Counted from the stretch's first letter, positions 28,695-42,240 are shown. The stretch: 64,000 nt of DNA from Antedon mediterranea (GCF_964355755.1 NC_092673.1:6262001-6326000); one strand, 5' to 3'. Made by a program: numbers and translations. Notes: generated by a model not told the origin, from the letters alone.

Positions 28695-28960
28695 TAGCGA
28701 TGTGGTGTAATTGTAAGGAATACCGCATCCAAGAGGTATGCATTTAAGACCTGTCTATGACATATTGCTTGTTGTATCCTCTCATTGCCTCGTGTTTCAG
28801 AAGGGGTGTAAAGCCGTTGGTCTCATGTATAAAAAAAATAACTCAATACATAAAAAGAGTTGGGGATCGCCTCCCTCCTAGTATGCAGATCATGGTCCAG
28901 TGTAAACCAAGACTTCTGAGAGTGCAGTCTTGTACTAACAGGGTCACCCAGTATAAAGAA
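28695..28960 (+). mobile_element. Older tRNA-SINE relative
   Basis: TGGTGTAATTG head, CTCATTGCCTCGT body (shared with 43165) and GTCACCCAGTATAAA tail resembling that of the 37141 SINE. Confidence 0.45.
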
Positions 28961-29088
28961 TGTTAATACAGTATCTATCTATCTATCTCATTTCTGATTG
29001 GACTGGGAAATTGAACCCAAGTATTTGTTTCCTAACAACTCAGCTACCGCTATATCACCAAATTGTAAAGTTCCAAAAATGTACTTAC

Positions 29089-29381
29089 CTGATCTGCTAA
29101 GGCCATCACATGCATGTTCCTAGTTGTATTAATGTGTAGTACGTTAAATTCATTCTCGACGCACAAATCATACGCAATGTTCGTGAAAGACGTGCTCCCA
29201 GTTTTTGGAACACGATTATATATAATCACTAAGTCTCTGGTATCAAAAAACTTTTGGTTACTTTCTTTGACCGATGACGGCCGATGTGCCTCGACAAAAC
29301 TTTCTTTATTGGTTCGTTTTAAAGTTCTCCTTTTCACCATATTAAAATCCCCATTTCTTTCCATTTTAATAACTTTATTTT
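29089..29381 (-). CDS. HS2ST1: Internal coding exon (exon-2 equivalent) of heparan sulfate 2-O-sulfotransferase
   Basis: Translation ...[49 protein letters not shown] matches the HS2ST 5'-PAPS-binding region (RVPKTxSTS). Polypyrimidine tract plus AG acceptor at 29382-29383 (phase 1) and CAG|GTAAGT donor at 29088 (phase 0), the boundary pattern I recall for vertebrate exon 2. Confidence 0.93.
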
Positions 29382-31760
29382 CTGTAAAAAGAAAAAGAAA
29401 ATATACAATTACAATAAAGTGCTTAATTTTAAGTTACATTATTATGTTAAATTTCTTTTAAATTATTTATGTTAAAGCTGAAACACCTGGTTCAATAAAA
29501 TATTAAATACATTTTAAATTTATTTTCAAGCATTGACAATAACAATCAACTCAAGTTGACCCTTTAAAGGGGTCGAAAGGCAATATTACTGTAATGGGCT
29601 ACTGTAGATCTCAATAAAGATATAATTAAAATAATCAAAAAGCTCAATCAAAACGGTGAAACTTATAAACAGCCAGAAAGAATTAGTGCCAAGCTTTACA
29701 AAAACACTATTCCATCGTCAGGGATAATAACGAAGGAATTAAGTCTTTTACCATTATGAGCAATGACACCTTGCTGGGTTTTGTTTTCATTTAGAATTGA
29801 TCTTGTCTTAAGCGATAAAAATTGTGCTTTATCATTCAATTACACGGGTATTCTGGGTGACATTAAGATTGAAATTGTTTAGTGAAATGTAGTCGAGCAG
29901 AAGACTTCAAATACACAGGTGTTAATTCACTTATAATTCATTTAATGAAAGCTGTATAATATAGTGTAGAATTGGCAAAACTAATAAAATCAGTGTTTAT
30001 TAAATAACAGCAATTTAATTTTTAGTTATCAAGCAATGATGAATCTCGCGGTACCCACAAAAGAATTTTAAAAAAGACTAAAACGTTTAAAGAAGAATAG
30101 AACAAACTTGTCAGGTACTACTACAATATAAGAAGACATTATATAAATTATAAATTTATACAGTGTTTTCTGATGATTGTTAAAATTGTATTAACTATAG
30201 AGCAGGCAGAATTTTTAAAACATTTTATAAACACATCCAACAGTGAGAAACTTTATAATTACAGGATGGCTATACTGTACTACCCTGGTACTAGGTTAGG
30301 ATTGAACCCTGGATCTTGTGAATGGAAGGTACCACCAAGCTAGAACTCCTCTACTACAATGTGTTGCCATCATACATTTTGAAATGTATTATTTTTTTGC
30401 ATTGTAATAATTTTGTTCTTGATTTGAACTTAATTTAGGTAAAAATATTATTTAAAAAAAAAATAACTTTCCACCACCAGTATCTATAAAATCTATATAG
30501 ATTGTACAATATTGTATAGATTCTTGAAATAATAATATTACCCTTTAGCTATTATTAATTTAAAACCAATAAAGAAAAAAGGCCAAAAGCAAAAATATTA
30601 AAATCTACTGCGTATACCATTGGAATGAAAGGTCAATTAATATAATCACTGCTTAATATAGCCAACAGCTATTTAATGACTTCAATATAACAACGTATCA
30701 TTAATTTTAATTACACATTAGGGTGTACAACATTATTGCAATAAACCATGAAATTGCAAATCCGAAAACACGCTATAAATACTGTATACAAACTCCCACA
30801 CGTAACCAATTTGTTACTGTAACATTGTCAGATACAGTAAATATTACTGATCTGATCAGACGCATACGTGCTTCTGTCAGTATAAAAAGAATGATTGACA
30901 GTTGCTAGGCAACAATTCAAAGGTGGTGTTGTGTCATTTTGATGCATAGCTGCACATTAGTTACGGATGATTGATATATTTTGTTGATGATGAGAACATG
31001 CTTGAACTAATGAATATAAATTTGCAAAAGCCTCTAGTAGAGCATCTTAATCCTAATCCCCGCCCAACATATCTCAAAGCAGCAAAGTGAATGTTCTGCT
31101 TTTATTACAGTAATGCTTGTAATGTGATTATGCCGCAACTAGAACAGACGGAAGGAAGTTAAATTTAACTATAGTATTCAGGTCATGTTTAATTTAAAAT
31201 TTAAATTCATTTAAAATTAACCTTAAAATTACACTTTTAAAGTTAAATCAATTTTCATCAAATTATTTAAATCAAAATTGTATATATATATACAGCACGT
31301 CAAAATTAAACTCTACTTAACTAAATAAATCGATATTAGCTATTCTCTTTGAAATAAAAGTACACTCCTGAAAATGGGACTGGCCTCAACTATAAATGTT
31401 GACATTTGGGACTTTTACAGTTGAGTATAGTTTTTCCGTTGAGTACTTATTTAATGGAGTATTTTGAGCGTTGAGATTGTTCTTAACGAAAAAGCTTGTG
31501 TTGTCAACTTTTTCTATTCGACCTTCTGTTGAGCACAATTTATAATCTGAATACAAAAAGTACTCAACGAATCTTTATGTTGACAACGAAAGTTCCCATT
31601 CGAATACGCCAATTATCATCCTCAAATAAACTAGAAACTAAAAAATCTGAATTAGGTCTTCTATGGACCCACGGCAGTCATCAACGCACTTTCCCAGATC
31701 AGCACAGTGGAAGAATCCACCCATTCCTTCCACCATCATAATAATTTTTTTGTTTTTATT

Positions 31761-31838
31761 GTTCTCTCACTTTTGAGAGAATAGCTAATATTAGTAATAT
31801 TGATTTATCCAGGTAAGCTAGACACAAAATACATAACT
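31761..31838. mobile_element. Decayed DIRS right terminus (B-like)
   Basis: TTTATCCAGGTAAGCTAGACACAAAATACATAACT. Confidence 0.55.
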
Positions 31839-31859
31839 AAGATACATAGCACTGCAGTA

Positions 31860-32400
31860 TAATACAAATACAGCAGAAAAAAAAACTCAAACAATAATAT
31901 AAGAAAAATTGTACAAAAAAAACTCAAACAACAAATACAGTAGGAAAATAAAACTCAAACAATAATATAAGTAAAATTGTACAAAAAAAACTCAAACAAC
32001 AAATACAGTAGGAAAATAAAACTCAAACAATAATATAAGTAAAATTGTACAAAATAACAAATAAAGTAGAAAAATAAAACTTAAACAACAAATACAGTTA
32101 GCAAAATAAAACTCAAACAATAAATAATATAAGTAAAATTGTACAAAAATACTCAAACAACAAATACAGCAGAAAAATATCAAACAATAATATAAGTAAA
32201 ATTGTACAAAATAACAAATAAAGTAGAAAAATAAAACTTAAACAACAAATACAGTTAGCAAAATAAAACTCAAAAAATAAATAATATAAGTAAAATTGTA
32301 CAAAAATACTCAAACAACAAATACAGTTAGCAAAATAAAACTCAAACAATAATATAAGTAAAATTGTACAAAAAAACTCAAACAATAAATACAGCAGAAA
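31860..32400. repeat. A-rich compound tandem repeat
   Basis: Alternating AAACTCAAACAATAATATAAGTAAAATTGTAC and AAACAACAAATACAG units. Confidence 0.88.
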
Positions 32401-32929
32401 ATGAATGTAGAAATAAGACATGACATGATCAGTCAGCACAGATTTTTAAAATAAACATCCAAAATGACCTATAACTAAAAAAACGTCTTAATGTCTTAAG
32501 ATTCAAGCGGGGATTCAAGCTAAGTAAGATAAATTTCAAACTACAGAACGCTAAATTGATGTCAGCGTCTACGCTTTAGTAAGTTTATTTTTCCCCCATG
32601 TAATTGATGATTTTCTGTGCCATTTATCTTTTTCATTTCGGTCTACCTGATGACTGTGGTTAAATGTACATCAATAAAACAATCTTTCTGTTTGAAGATG
32701 ACTTTTTTTTTTCAAAACAACTTACCATACATTTAAGTTTTAATGGATAGAAAATGTGAAGACAAATGGTCTCTTTCACATCAACTGGACAGTTGAACAG
32801 CCGATATTTTGGAAATTCATTTTTAATGAGAAAAAACGTTGACCCAACCAAGATTCGAACCAATTATTCTGTGCTTTATGCCAACATGTCTGGGCTTTTA
32901 TAGTATGGTTGATCAAATTATTACTGTAT

Positions 32930-33440
32930 TGTTAGAAGGTTTGCATGGCGAAATCAAATGTTGATATACTGTAAAGTTTGCGGTACACCACGTACAGTAT
33001 ATTAGTTCTGAAAAGAACTGTTGAGTTCTATTTTCGACAAACATTGTAAAATATTTCTGACCATGGCATGGAACACAAGAATATAATACAATTCCTTCTG
33101 AAACTTAATTTATACATTTTCTTAGTTTTTAATCTTTCTCAGTTTACTTAATTTTTTTTTGTAATTTGTTATTAGTCTAATTTTTTTTTTTTTATATAAA
33201 AATATAAGTGTGTGTATTATTTTTCACTGTAAACTTGTTGCACATCTCATTGAGACTGTGCCTCTGATTTAAAAAAGATACGATCAGTTCAGTTCAGAGT
33301 TTCTTGACGTTTCGATCAATATGCTTTGATCGTCCTCACTCCTCCTAAGGACGATCAAAGCATATTGATCGAAACGTCAAGAAACTCAACAGTTCTTTTC
33401 AGAACTAATATACGTGGTGTACCGCAAACTTTATATCAAT
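32930..33440. mobile_element. Penelope-like pseudo-LTR remnants in inverted arrangement with two hammerhead motifs; related fragment at 61070-61152
   Basis: Inverted copies 33297-33336/33348-33387 and 32961-33027/33384-33439. Consensus CTGAGGA-CGATCAA-AGCATA-TTGATC-GAAACGTC is a minimal hammerhead. Confidence 0.72.
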
Positions 33441-35377
33441 AAATTATTACTATTACAATGTGAATTTAAAATTTCTGAATCCATAACTGTGGATAACATT
33501 TTCATTATACTTATAGTAAACTGTCAAAAAATGGATATTTGTAATGTACTGTATTTGTATTAAATTTAAAAAAAAAATAAATTACTAACAACAAAATTCA
33601 TGTCACAAATAAAATAATTACTGTTCGCATAAGGCGTGAAATTGAATTTTAAAATATGATACATGTTTTCTCTTAATGCTACAGTACAGCAAAACTTTAT
33701 GTGATTTACCTGTTTATTTAAACGTGTAGACACTTTCATGTGTCAAAATGAATTACGAAGATTATGTGTTGGGTTGCAGTTACTTCAGGGTGCGTTTGTG
33801 GACTCTACCATTTTTGGACAGGGTGTTTTATTTTTCTCAAGTAGTGTACTGTAGATCACTCTTAAAGTGTGACTTTATAAAACTGTTTGCCGTTAGTTAA
33901 TAATTCTTGCTTGAATACTGCCCATGCTGCACAAAAACTGTGATATGACCAGTTTGTCAATAAACAATAAATATTTAATCTCCTTTCTTGGAAAAAGCAC
34001 TGATTTTTTTAAAAAAGGGAACTTTAATAATAAACAGTGTGTCATGTGTATCCACAAAAAGCTTGCTAAATAATATTGCAAAAACAGGTTTTAAGAGTAA
34101 ACAAAATGTTACTGCAATTACTGCAGTAACTTTAGAAGCATTCATAACTATTTTTAATATTCAACCCAAAAATTCAGAATGAACTGCAGTACTACTATAA
34201 TAACTTATTGTGTATAAAATATTTGTATACTTGCTAAATAATATTATAAATTCATTTTAGTCAAAGATCATGTGACTGCTGACTTTTGTAGTTAATCTTG
34301 TTTAATTTAGCAGTTCTTGATATATTCTGTATATTTGACATTTGGTTTATTGGTGGTCAAATAAATGAAACGAAAATAATGGATGAAAAAAAAAGGAAAC
34401 AAAAATAATCAATATATTCAAAGGGAAGAACTAACTGACAAGAAATAGATAGTTTCTAAGTATAGCTGCCTTTCATTAAATGCATTCACGTCAGAGACAA
34501 TGTGAAAGCTCGTTATTTCATTCACATAAAATATCAATATAGAAATCGTGAAACGCTTAAAATGTAAAACACCACATGTATGCGTTGAATGTATGATTGC
34601 ATTCAAATGTACATCAATTTCTGCTGCCTATTCATATAATAAAACTCAGGTGCATATACTTACCGAGTCGAAGACTGCAGAGGAGGGAAAGAGACTGAAC
34701 GGACGACAATAATAGAATATCAATAATTTTATTAAGACATATGTATTCATTATTTTTCAAAATCATTTCGAAAAAGAAGTTAAATTCTTTACTCTTGAAA
34801 TAAAAAAAAATCTTTTATAAAGGACCAATACTGTGTTATCCTCGCACACAAGGTTTTTACTTGTCTTAAAAATGTTCTTGTAATTTGTATCATTTAAAAA
34901 AAATGATGTGAACAAAATAAACTTGAATACAACATATGACCAACCCTTATTTAGGGGACAATTTGTTCCAATGGTTCTAATGTCATCATTATGCATGTCA
35001 TTATATTTTACTATTGTTAATTATTAAAAACATAATTTGATGTTTGTTGATTCTAATGCATTAATGTTCATGCAAAAGGTATAAATGGTAATTTAGTATA
35101 AAGAAGCAAAATCCTTGGATAAAATTCAATATATTTCATAATATGTCATAAAAATTATACACTATATTATTCTATACACTATGGCAACAATATTGAATAT
35201 AATTATATATAATTATATTTAATAGCACTAATGAATTCACCTGAAATGGCTTCTTAGAATATTTTACATTGAATATTCATGATTTTCAAATTTGGTATAG
35301 TATACTGTATTAATTGCCATTTAGCATTCTTTAATGACTGACTACCATATACTGTACAGTATAGATATTAATGCTCA

Positions 35378-35647
35378 AGCCTGGTTTCCATTAAAATCGC
35401 TTCACCGTCGCTACAGCGTTTCCATTAAAATCGCTACACGCGTAGATGTCGCCGACGCAATCGGGAAGGCTACCCGATTCATCGCAGTCGAATCGGCAAA
35501 GTTCAACCATGTACAACTTTGTCGGCGATGAATCGTATACGCGTACCAAAGAATATTTAGCGCTCGCGTACTAGATCCCCGATAAATTCTAGCGTTTCCA
35601 TAGAATCGCTACGCTCTGTCGTGTAGCGATTTTATGGAAACCAGGCC
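35378..35647. mobile_element. Short PIF/Harbinger MITE (~270 bp)
   Basis: TIR GCCTGGTTTCCATTAAAATCGCT / AGCGATTTTATGGAAACCAGGC; TCA/TTA flanks. Confidence 0.78.
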
Positions 35648-36117
35648 TTAAATAGACATTCTATCCTTTGCTACCAAATATCTATGCTAACAAAATGTAT
35701 TTTTTAAAGTGAAAAAATACCACACCAATATTTGTTAGTACACTTTACTGGTGGTTATTTAATAGAGGGTGGGTTTTGTGGATGGCACCATTGATCATCT
35801 GACTGTTTTTCTTCTCAAATGAGAAGGTAAATTTTGGTTGATCCAGTTAAGCCGGCACACGCATGTATTTTTAATGCTTTTATATAAACTTTAAATCATC
35901 GTTAGTGCAATATAATAATAAATCATATAATATAATTAAATTATAATAATAGTAACAGTATTTATCTAATCTTAACAATTTTTAGCCTCTTAACTTTTTG
36001 TGTGTTTTTGTAAATTGTATTTTATATTTATATTTTTGTATTTTGCCAGTTTTCAAATCACATTTCTGTTTTTTAAATGGACAATAAAGTATATATGACT
36101 ATGACTATGACTAACTT

Positions 36118-36268
36118 TCACAAACCAAAAGTGGTGTTGTTAGAAGTCTGTGGGTTCCACTTGTACCAGGATAAACCAACATTGGCCATGTCCCAATATG
36201 AAAGGAATTTTTTTATTTGAGTGCCCCTATCTAACAATAGGACAGTCCGCTACCGGCATCATCATTTC
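36118..36268. mobile_element. Decayed DIRS terminus A + ITR
   Basis: CACAAACCAAAAGTGGTGTTG...TACCAGGATAAACC...GGACAGTCCGCTA...CATCATTTC. Confidence 0.7.
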
Positions 36269-36499
36269 ACCATTGATACTTCCCATCAAAAAAGATGATT
36301 TCCTTTTTAAAAAATGTATCATCAATACGGTAGGAATTTAGAAAAAGTAATTTATAGAAGGTTCCGGCTGACAATGTAAAAGTATAACATATAGTAGTAG
36401 TCTTCTGGATATGTAGAGGTATTGATGACACAGTACACAAAATCATTTGTTAATTATTCAAATTGAATTAGCCTCAGGTTTATGCTTTCACTTCATATA

Positions 36500-37000
36500 T
36501 TTAATCTAAAGATTTGCTTTTCACTTTAATTGACTAATGTATCTTTATTTACTCTAATAAATGACAAGATTTCACGTTTACATAACATGAATAAGCTGGG
36601 TTATTGGCGTGATAAGAGGCTAATTCAGGGGATGAGCGGTTCAACAAACGGTTACCGAGGTTGTGTAGAGATTCAGGCAATCTGTGTTGGCATAACAAAG
36701 TAAAAAATGTTAGTACTTTAATGGCTGTCATGTTCAATTGAAACATTATGTTATATCATCTCATAATTTTATCAAAAGCCTTCTTAAATTATTACCGTTA
36801 ACAACTACTGTACAGTATATTGATACTTTCATCTTTCTAATTTGAGCATGAAGTATTTAAAAACATCTTTGCCCAAAATAACAATGACTAGAGTATTTGT
36901 TATAGCTCAAGTAATGATGATTTTTGGGCAACTCTGATAATGGACGAAATTGATGAATGCTCGTAGTACATGTATTAGAAACCTTTTTTACAGATCACTA
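36500..37000 (-). pseudogene. Decayed non-LTR retrotransposon RT fragment
   Basis: Minus-strand remnants FRPLS and FKKAFDKI in the expected order, with frameshifts. Confidence 0.42.
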
Positions 37001-37140
37001 TAGCCTGGCATTCATACAGAACATCTACCAAGCTAGTGGCCATGGTTAGATTCATCATGTTAAAGCAGTGGGTGATACTACAGTACATCAACAACATAAT
37101 TGTTTTAATGTGTACCACCCAGTCTAATTCACACATCAGT

Positions 37141-37435
37141 GAGTGAGTGAGTGTCTGAGCGGTTAAGATAGTGGAACCGTAATTAAGTAGCCATAACATC
37201 AGCAGGGGTTCGAGCCTCACTCACTCCATGGTTCTGGTGGTAGAACGAGTCTTCTCGGATAAGGACTATAAACCGTAGGTCCAGTGTACTAGCTCGTGTG
37301 CACTTTAAAGAACCTAGTACATCTTTTGAGACGAGTAGGGGGTTACCCCGGCGTATTAGTACATCACAGCCACTGATCACCAACTGGGCCCTCTGGGAGA
37401 CCAGTCTTTGACTGAAGAGGTTACCCAGTATAAAT
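37141..37435 (+). mobile_element. tRNA-derived SINE (Meta-domain-like core)
   Basis: A-box-like TGTCTGAGCGG, B box GGTTCGAGCC and core GGATAAGGACTATAAACCGTAGGTCC...GCACTTTAAAGAACC. A near-identical inverted copy lies at 46591-46893. Confidence 0.85.
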
Positions 37436-38781
37436 ATATATTTCAATATTTCAATCATCAACCACCCAAGAAATTTCTGGGTCACTGAAAGTAACAATGT
37501 ACAGTACTTTTTTTCAACCCACACTACACTATTTTCTGACATTCACTGCGGTTTCTTGAATTAAAAAAAAATTGCAGAAAGTCGCACGAAAAATGTTAGG
37601 AGGCACAACCTATACTTAAGATGGCATTGCACTTTTACTTTTATAAGTTGATTGACTGTCAAAAAGATGAATAGTGATTACTTTACTTTACTATTAATTT
37701 TAGCATCCTTAATATCATTTTTCACCAGTTATAAATCAATATTTATATCTATAACAAGTAGAACACAAAACCTGCCATTAGCTGTGTTGTCCTACCACAA
37801 GAAAAGTACATTGCACGTGTGATATTAATTATATTCTTGGTTAAATTGGCATCTAGATTACATAATTAATATCGTATTTATAGTGCTATTTCGTTGTAAT
37901 ATTTATCCATAATTGCATAAACTATTGTCATACCTTTGTAAAACTTAAAATAGTCACAGGTACCTAATCGATTTTAAAGTACAATGTACTACAGAAAATA
38001 TTGCATTCATTTAACTGAAAATCATGCGCTACATATTAATAATCTCTAATGACCTATTATCTACTTTTATTATGTCGTTTATAATAATAAAATAAAGAAA
38101 AATCAATAACATTATTCATGTTTATTGATTTTACATAATTTTCAATGTACTTTTTTGTAAAGCTATTTTACAGTTTAGACAACAATGTTTTTATATTTTT
38201 TTCCTTTTTTGCTCATGGATATATTTTAAAGTTGGTATTTTAAATTGTTATATTAAACGTACGGAACATGAGAACATAGTAACTAGCATCTGCACTATAC
38301 CCTAATCAATATCATAAAAAAATATGAATTATTCCATTTTCCTCTATTATTTTGAATTTAAATTATTTCAGAGAGTTTAAATCTTGCACTATTGTGCCTG
38401 ACGTTGAAATGGAACTATAGACTACATTCACAATGAACATGAACAGGACATGGTGTATAAAGTTTTTGCACTTTTTATAACTGATTCTTGTTACTGTATC
38501 TATAGTGTGTACAGCATCATAAACAAATTGTATGATACAGTGTCGCAATATGTCACATATGATGCCTGTATCATAGGTCTTATGCACATATGCGATATTT
38601 GTCATTGATACATGTGACAGTGACACTCTCTCTGACATTATTTCTTGTTATCCTTTTTTTCATTGTAGGCCTACTGTTTATTTATAATATCAATCAATAC
38701 ATTTTTTTCTCAAATAAAAACAAAATACAGTTATGAGAAATGAGAAAAAGGGTTCAATCGAGTTTGAACAATACCATGAAA

Positions 38782-38853
38782 GCCCCAGTGGTGTAATGGT
38801 TAGGGCAACCGCATATCAAGCAGACGGTCCGAGTTCGAGTCTCGGTTGGGGCA
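38782..38853 (+). tRNA. Second, more diverged copy of the tRNA-like sequence
   Basis: Inverted paralogue of 39215-39286 with A/B boxes and a downstream T run. Confidence 0.5.
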
Positions 38854-39214
38854 ACTTTTTTTTATTCTCACAGATTTCCTTATCTTTATTGTTTCAAATT
38901 AATTAATTAAATTTCAGACCACTGGGGCTTTCATGGTATTGTTCAAACTCGATTGGATAGCGACTCTTTAACATTCTCGGCGTGGTACGGTGGAACAGCA
39001 CTAGTCCTCAGTTGTACGCACGCGCACCAGAGATCAAATTGATACGCTCTCATCTTTCAGTATTTTTATTCACGAGGCGGGATCTCCGAAGAGATACTTT
39101 TATATATAAACACATCAGGCAATGAACATTAATTCTAAACCGCCCGGTGATATACTGAAATTTAATTAATTTGAAACGATAAAGATGAGGAAATCTGTGA
39201 GAATGAGAAAAAGT

Positions 39215-39286
39215 CGCCCCAACCGAGACTCGAACTCGGATCGCCTGCTTGATATGCAGATGTCCTAACCATTAGACCACTGGGGC
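39215..39286 (-). tRNA. tRNA-like sequence, anticodon ATC (Asp-type); probably TE-borne
   Basis: 72-nt cloverleaf: acceptor GCCCCAG/TTGGGGC, D arm, anticodon stem TCTGC/GCAGG with loop ATATCAA, T arm CCGAG-TTCGAGT-CTCGG, then a T tract. Confidence 0.6.
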
Positions 39287-39571
39287 TTTCATGGTATTGT
39301 TCAAACTCGATTGGATAGCGACTCTTTAACATTCTCGGCGTAAACATATATATTTATTTTTATATCTTTGTTAATTTTGTATTTTTATAGTTTATTTTTT
39401 ATTTTCTGTTTGTATTGATTGAGTGAGGGTCCCTAATGATCAGCTTATGCTGGATGGATCAACCTCATAAAATATTGTTGAAATAAAATAAAATAAAAAT
39501 AAAACACTGTATATCACAGAATTTGTCTACAGTATGATATTAGACATGTTGAGATACAGTACAGAGAATAA

Positions 39572-40449
39572 GGGTCTGTTTCTGCTGAAAAAATGAAAAT
39601 AATCGATTTTTTCCAGTCACCGCAAACCACAAAAATAATCGCGTTGCAATTGAAAATTGCTACAACTTTAATCGGTTATTCAGGTAATCGGTTTTTAAAA
39701 TCACGTCATCATTCTCCCACAGCGCAGTTCAAGTTATGAAAGGCCGATGAGAGTTGGTTTGTTTATACCCTATCGCTGCCTAAAACTCTCACATGTAGGA
39801 TTAAAAATTACTCTTACGTAAAGCTATATTATTTTTAAAATAAACATCTAGGCCTACTACCGTACCACATACAACAGAATAATGATGTTATATTAATAAG
39901 GACACGTCGCCGTTCATTGGTTCTACCTTCGGCCTGCTAGGCCTATGCTATATATTTCTACCGAAACAAGTCAACAAACAGGCCTAAAAAATGACATGTA
40001 AAACATCGTTAGCCTGGACTGGTGGTATGTAACGGGTGTATTGTAACACAGAATCCTGGATTCTCTCGGTATAATTCTTCCCCACAAAATAATAAAAATC
40101 AAATGTTTAACATTTGATTGTTATTCGGTCTACATCGCGATCGTGGTTTTGCTGATCGTCGTCGATATCGCGCAAATAAACAGCATGCTTTGTGACGTGA
40201 ATAAGTTTGTCATACTCTAGAGGTCAAAGTGAGGTCAATAATCGCTATTTGTGTTGCAGCTCAAAACTGCTCCGCAATAATCGGTTAAAACAAGAAATAA
40301 TCGATTAAAACACGCAATGGATTGAGTGTTTTTAATCGGTTATTTTTAATCGGTTATTTTATTTTGCGCCGTTTCTGCTGCCCAAAAATAATCGATTAAA
40401 AAAATAAACGGTTAATAATCGATTATTTCTGCTCAGCAGAAACAGGCCC
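39572..40449. mobile_element. PIF/Harbinger MITE with AATCG(A/G)TT subterminal repeats
   Basis: TIR GGGTCTGTTTCTGCTGA / TCAGCAGAAACAGGCCC; TAA duplication. Confidence 0.85.
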
Positions 40450-41388
40450 TAAGTCCTTCTTTATCAACATACACAGTCAGCACCCTAGGATACCCACCCC
40501 CCATGAACTATATTAACCTACATAAACTGGGGCTAAGTTTATACATACATCAAGTCACATGAACTGACAGTATTTTATGTTTTAATGTTTATTATAATAG
40601 CCAACAGAGAAGAATGTAGATTTACATACAATAGGGAATATTAAATAAGACATGATCCAAATATACTGGGTTTACATTTCAACTACAAATGTTATAACCA
40701 TAAGAGTGCAACAAGTTTAAATATGTTAAAAAATATTAGTTGGTTGGGTAGGGGTAAAAATAATAAAATAATGATAAAATAATGGGAAGGACAATTTTAG
40801 ATACAGACATTATTTAACATTAACAGTGTTAAATTAAATTGAACTCTTTATGAATGATTAGTCTATAAATACAAAGGTTCGTTGTAGACGAAGAAGGTGG
40901 TGCAATATGGTAGAGATAAAAACGGAAAACTATTCCTGATAAAGATAAAAAAGTATTAAAGATAAAAAGTATTAAAGATAAAAAAATATTCAAGATAAAA
41001 AAAATCTATCTGGTTAAAAGTACCTCCAAACTGCATATCAAAATACATGGAAAAGGTTGCATAATCTCAATTTCCAGTTTACATCAAAATTGATAAAAAT
41101 TTTAATAGGGTTTCACACATAAAGATTATGTGGACCAGAATCTTTGAAAGAATTCACACCTGAAGCAGAATGAACTTGCGCAAGTAAGAGTTCTGGTTGA
41201 CACCTCTGCAACATACTCATCTCATCCGTCTAACAAATTCACAGGTATAATGTGTTTGACGGAAACTACAACCACCTGTTTCAGATATACAATAATATTG
41301 CTAGAGGTGGAAGAAAGTCGATCACTATATCATTAATGCTACCTACTATATAGTATTTAGACGGTGACTAGTGATAGCATGTTGAAAT

Positions 41389-41575
41389 TAGACAAACCAG
41401 AAATGGTGTTGGCAGTCTGTTTCGTGCCTAATCTTACCCGGATAAACCAACAATAGCCTTATGCCCCTCGAAGAGCAAGATATACAGTATATAAAAAGTA
41501 GGAAACTCTAAATGGTACAGTCCACAAACAACACACTCAAGTGGGAGCATCCCTACAAACCACCATCATACATTC
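41389..41575. mobile_element. Decayed DIRS terminus A + ITR
   Basis: TAGACAAACCAGAAATGGTGTTGGCAGTCT...CTTACCCGGATAAACC...AATGGTACAGTCC...GTGGGAGCATCCC. Confidence 0.8.
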
Positions 41576-42160
41576 TTTTTTAGACATGAAAAAGAAAACA
41601 TGTCGGACAAAGTGCTTAAAATACAAAGTGGTTTGCTGTTTACAATGAAAAGCATGTGCTAGATACAAGTTGAAATAAGGCTGGGTAAGGTGTTTCACGC
41701 TGGGTGAAGACTGAAGGAAAGAAAATATATAGAGAGATAATAATAAATAATAATATGGTACTTATAAAGAACATTTTTCTTCACCAATTTGAAACAACTT
41801 GTGGTGTCACCAATTCGGTTCCAAATGCCATTACCGATTATATTGAGAATTCTCTACTGTTAGCAATAACATATTAAAGAAGTCATAATAATACATGCAT
41901 TGAATAATACGACAAAGATACTTAAGCCTGCCCCGAGGTTTGACGCCTATTAATCATTGTTTGTGGTAACGTTGGATCAGAAGAGATTTTTATGTTTTCC
42001 TGCGATTATAAGCTCATTGTTATCTTTAAAAAAAATAGAATAACAGAGACACTTTTTTTAGAAAGAATCACTTCTTTAGAATATGTTGTAATATGAAGTA
42101 CTTATAACATATTATTCAGATGTACTGTTTGTATCTTTCTTTGTAGAATCTTTGGGAAAT

Positions 42161-42240
42161 TACACAATCCATTAGGAGTATTTGGGCCACTTATCAGGAT
42201 AAACCGACAACAGCCTGTACTATCTGAAGGGAGAGCTACA
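42161..42240. mobile_element. Highly decayed DIRS terminus A
   Basis: TACACAATCCA...CTTATCAGGATAAACCGACAACAGCC. Confidence 0.45.

Noticed and set aside
31992-32439. Hydrophobic ORFs
   Set aside because: Translation of a T-rich tandem repeat.
34664-34766. Candidate HS2ST1 exon 1 (ATG...LCSLRL G|GTAAGT, phase 1, minus strand)
   Set aside because: The phase fits, but the peptide shows no similarity to HS2ST N-termini I know, has a weak transmembrane segment and lies in repeat-like sequence. It needs RNA evidence.
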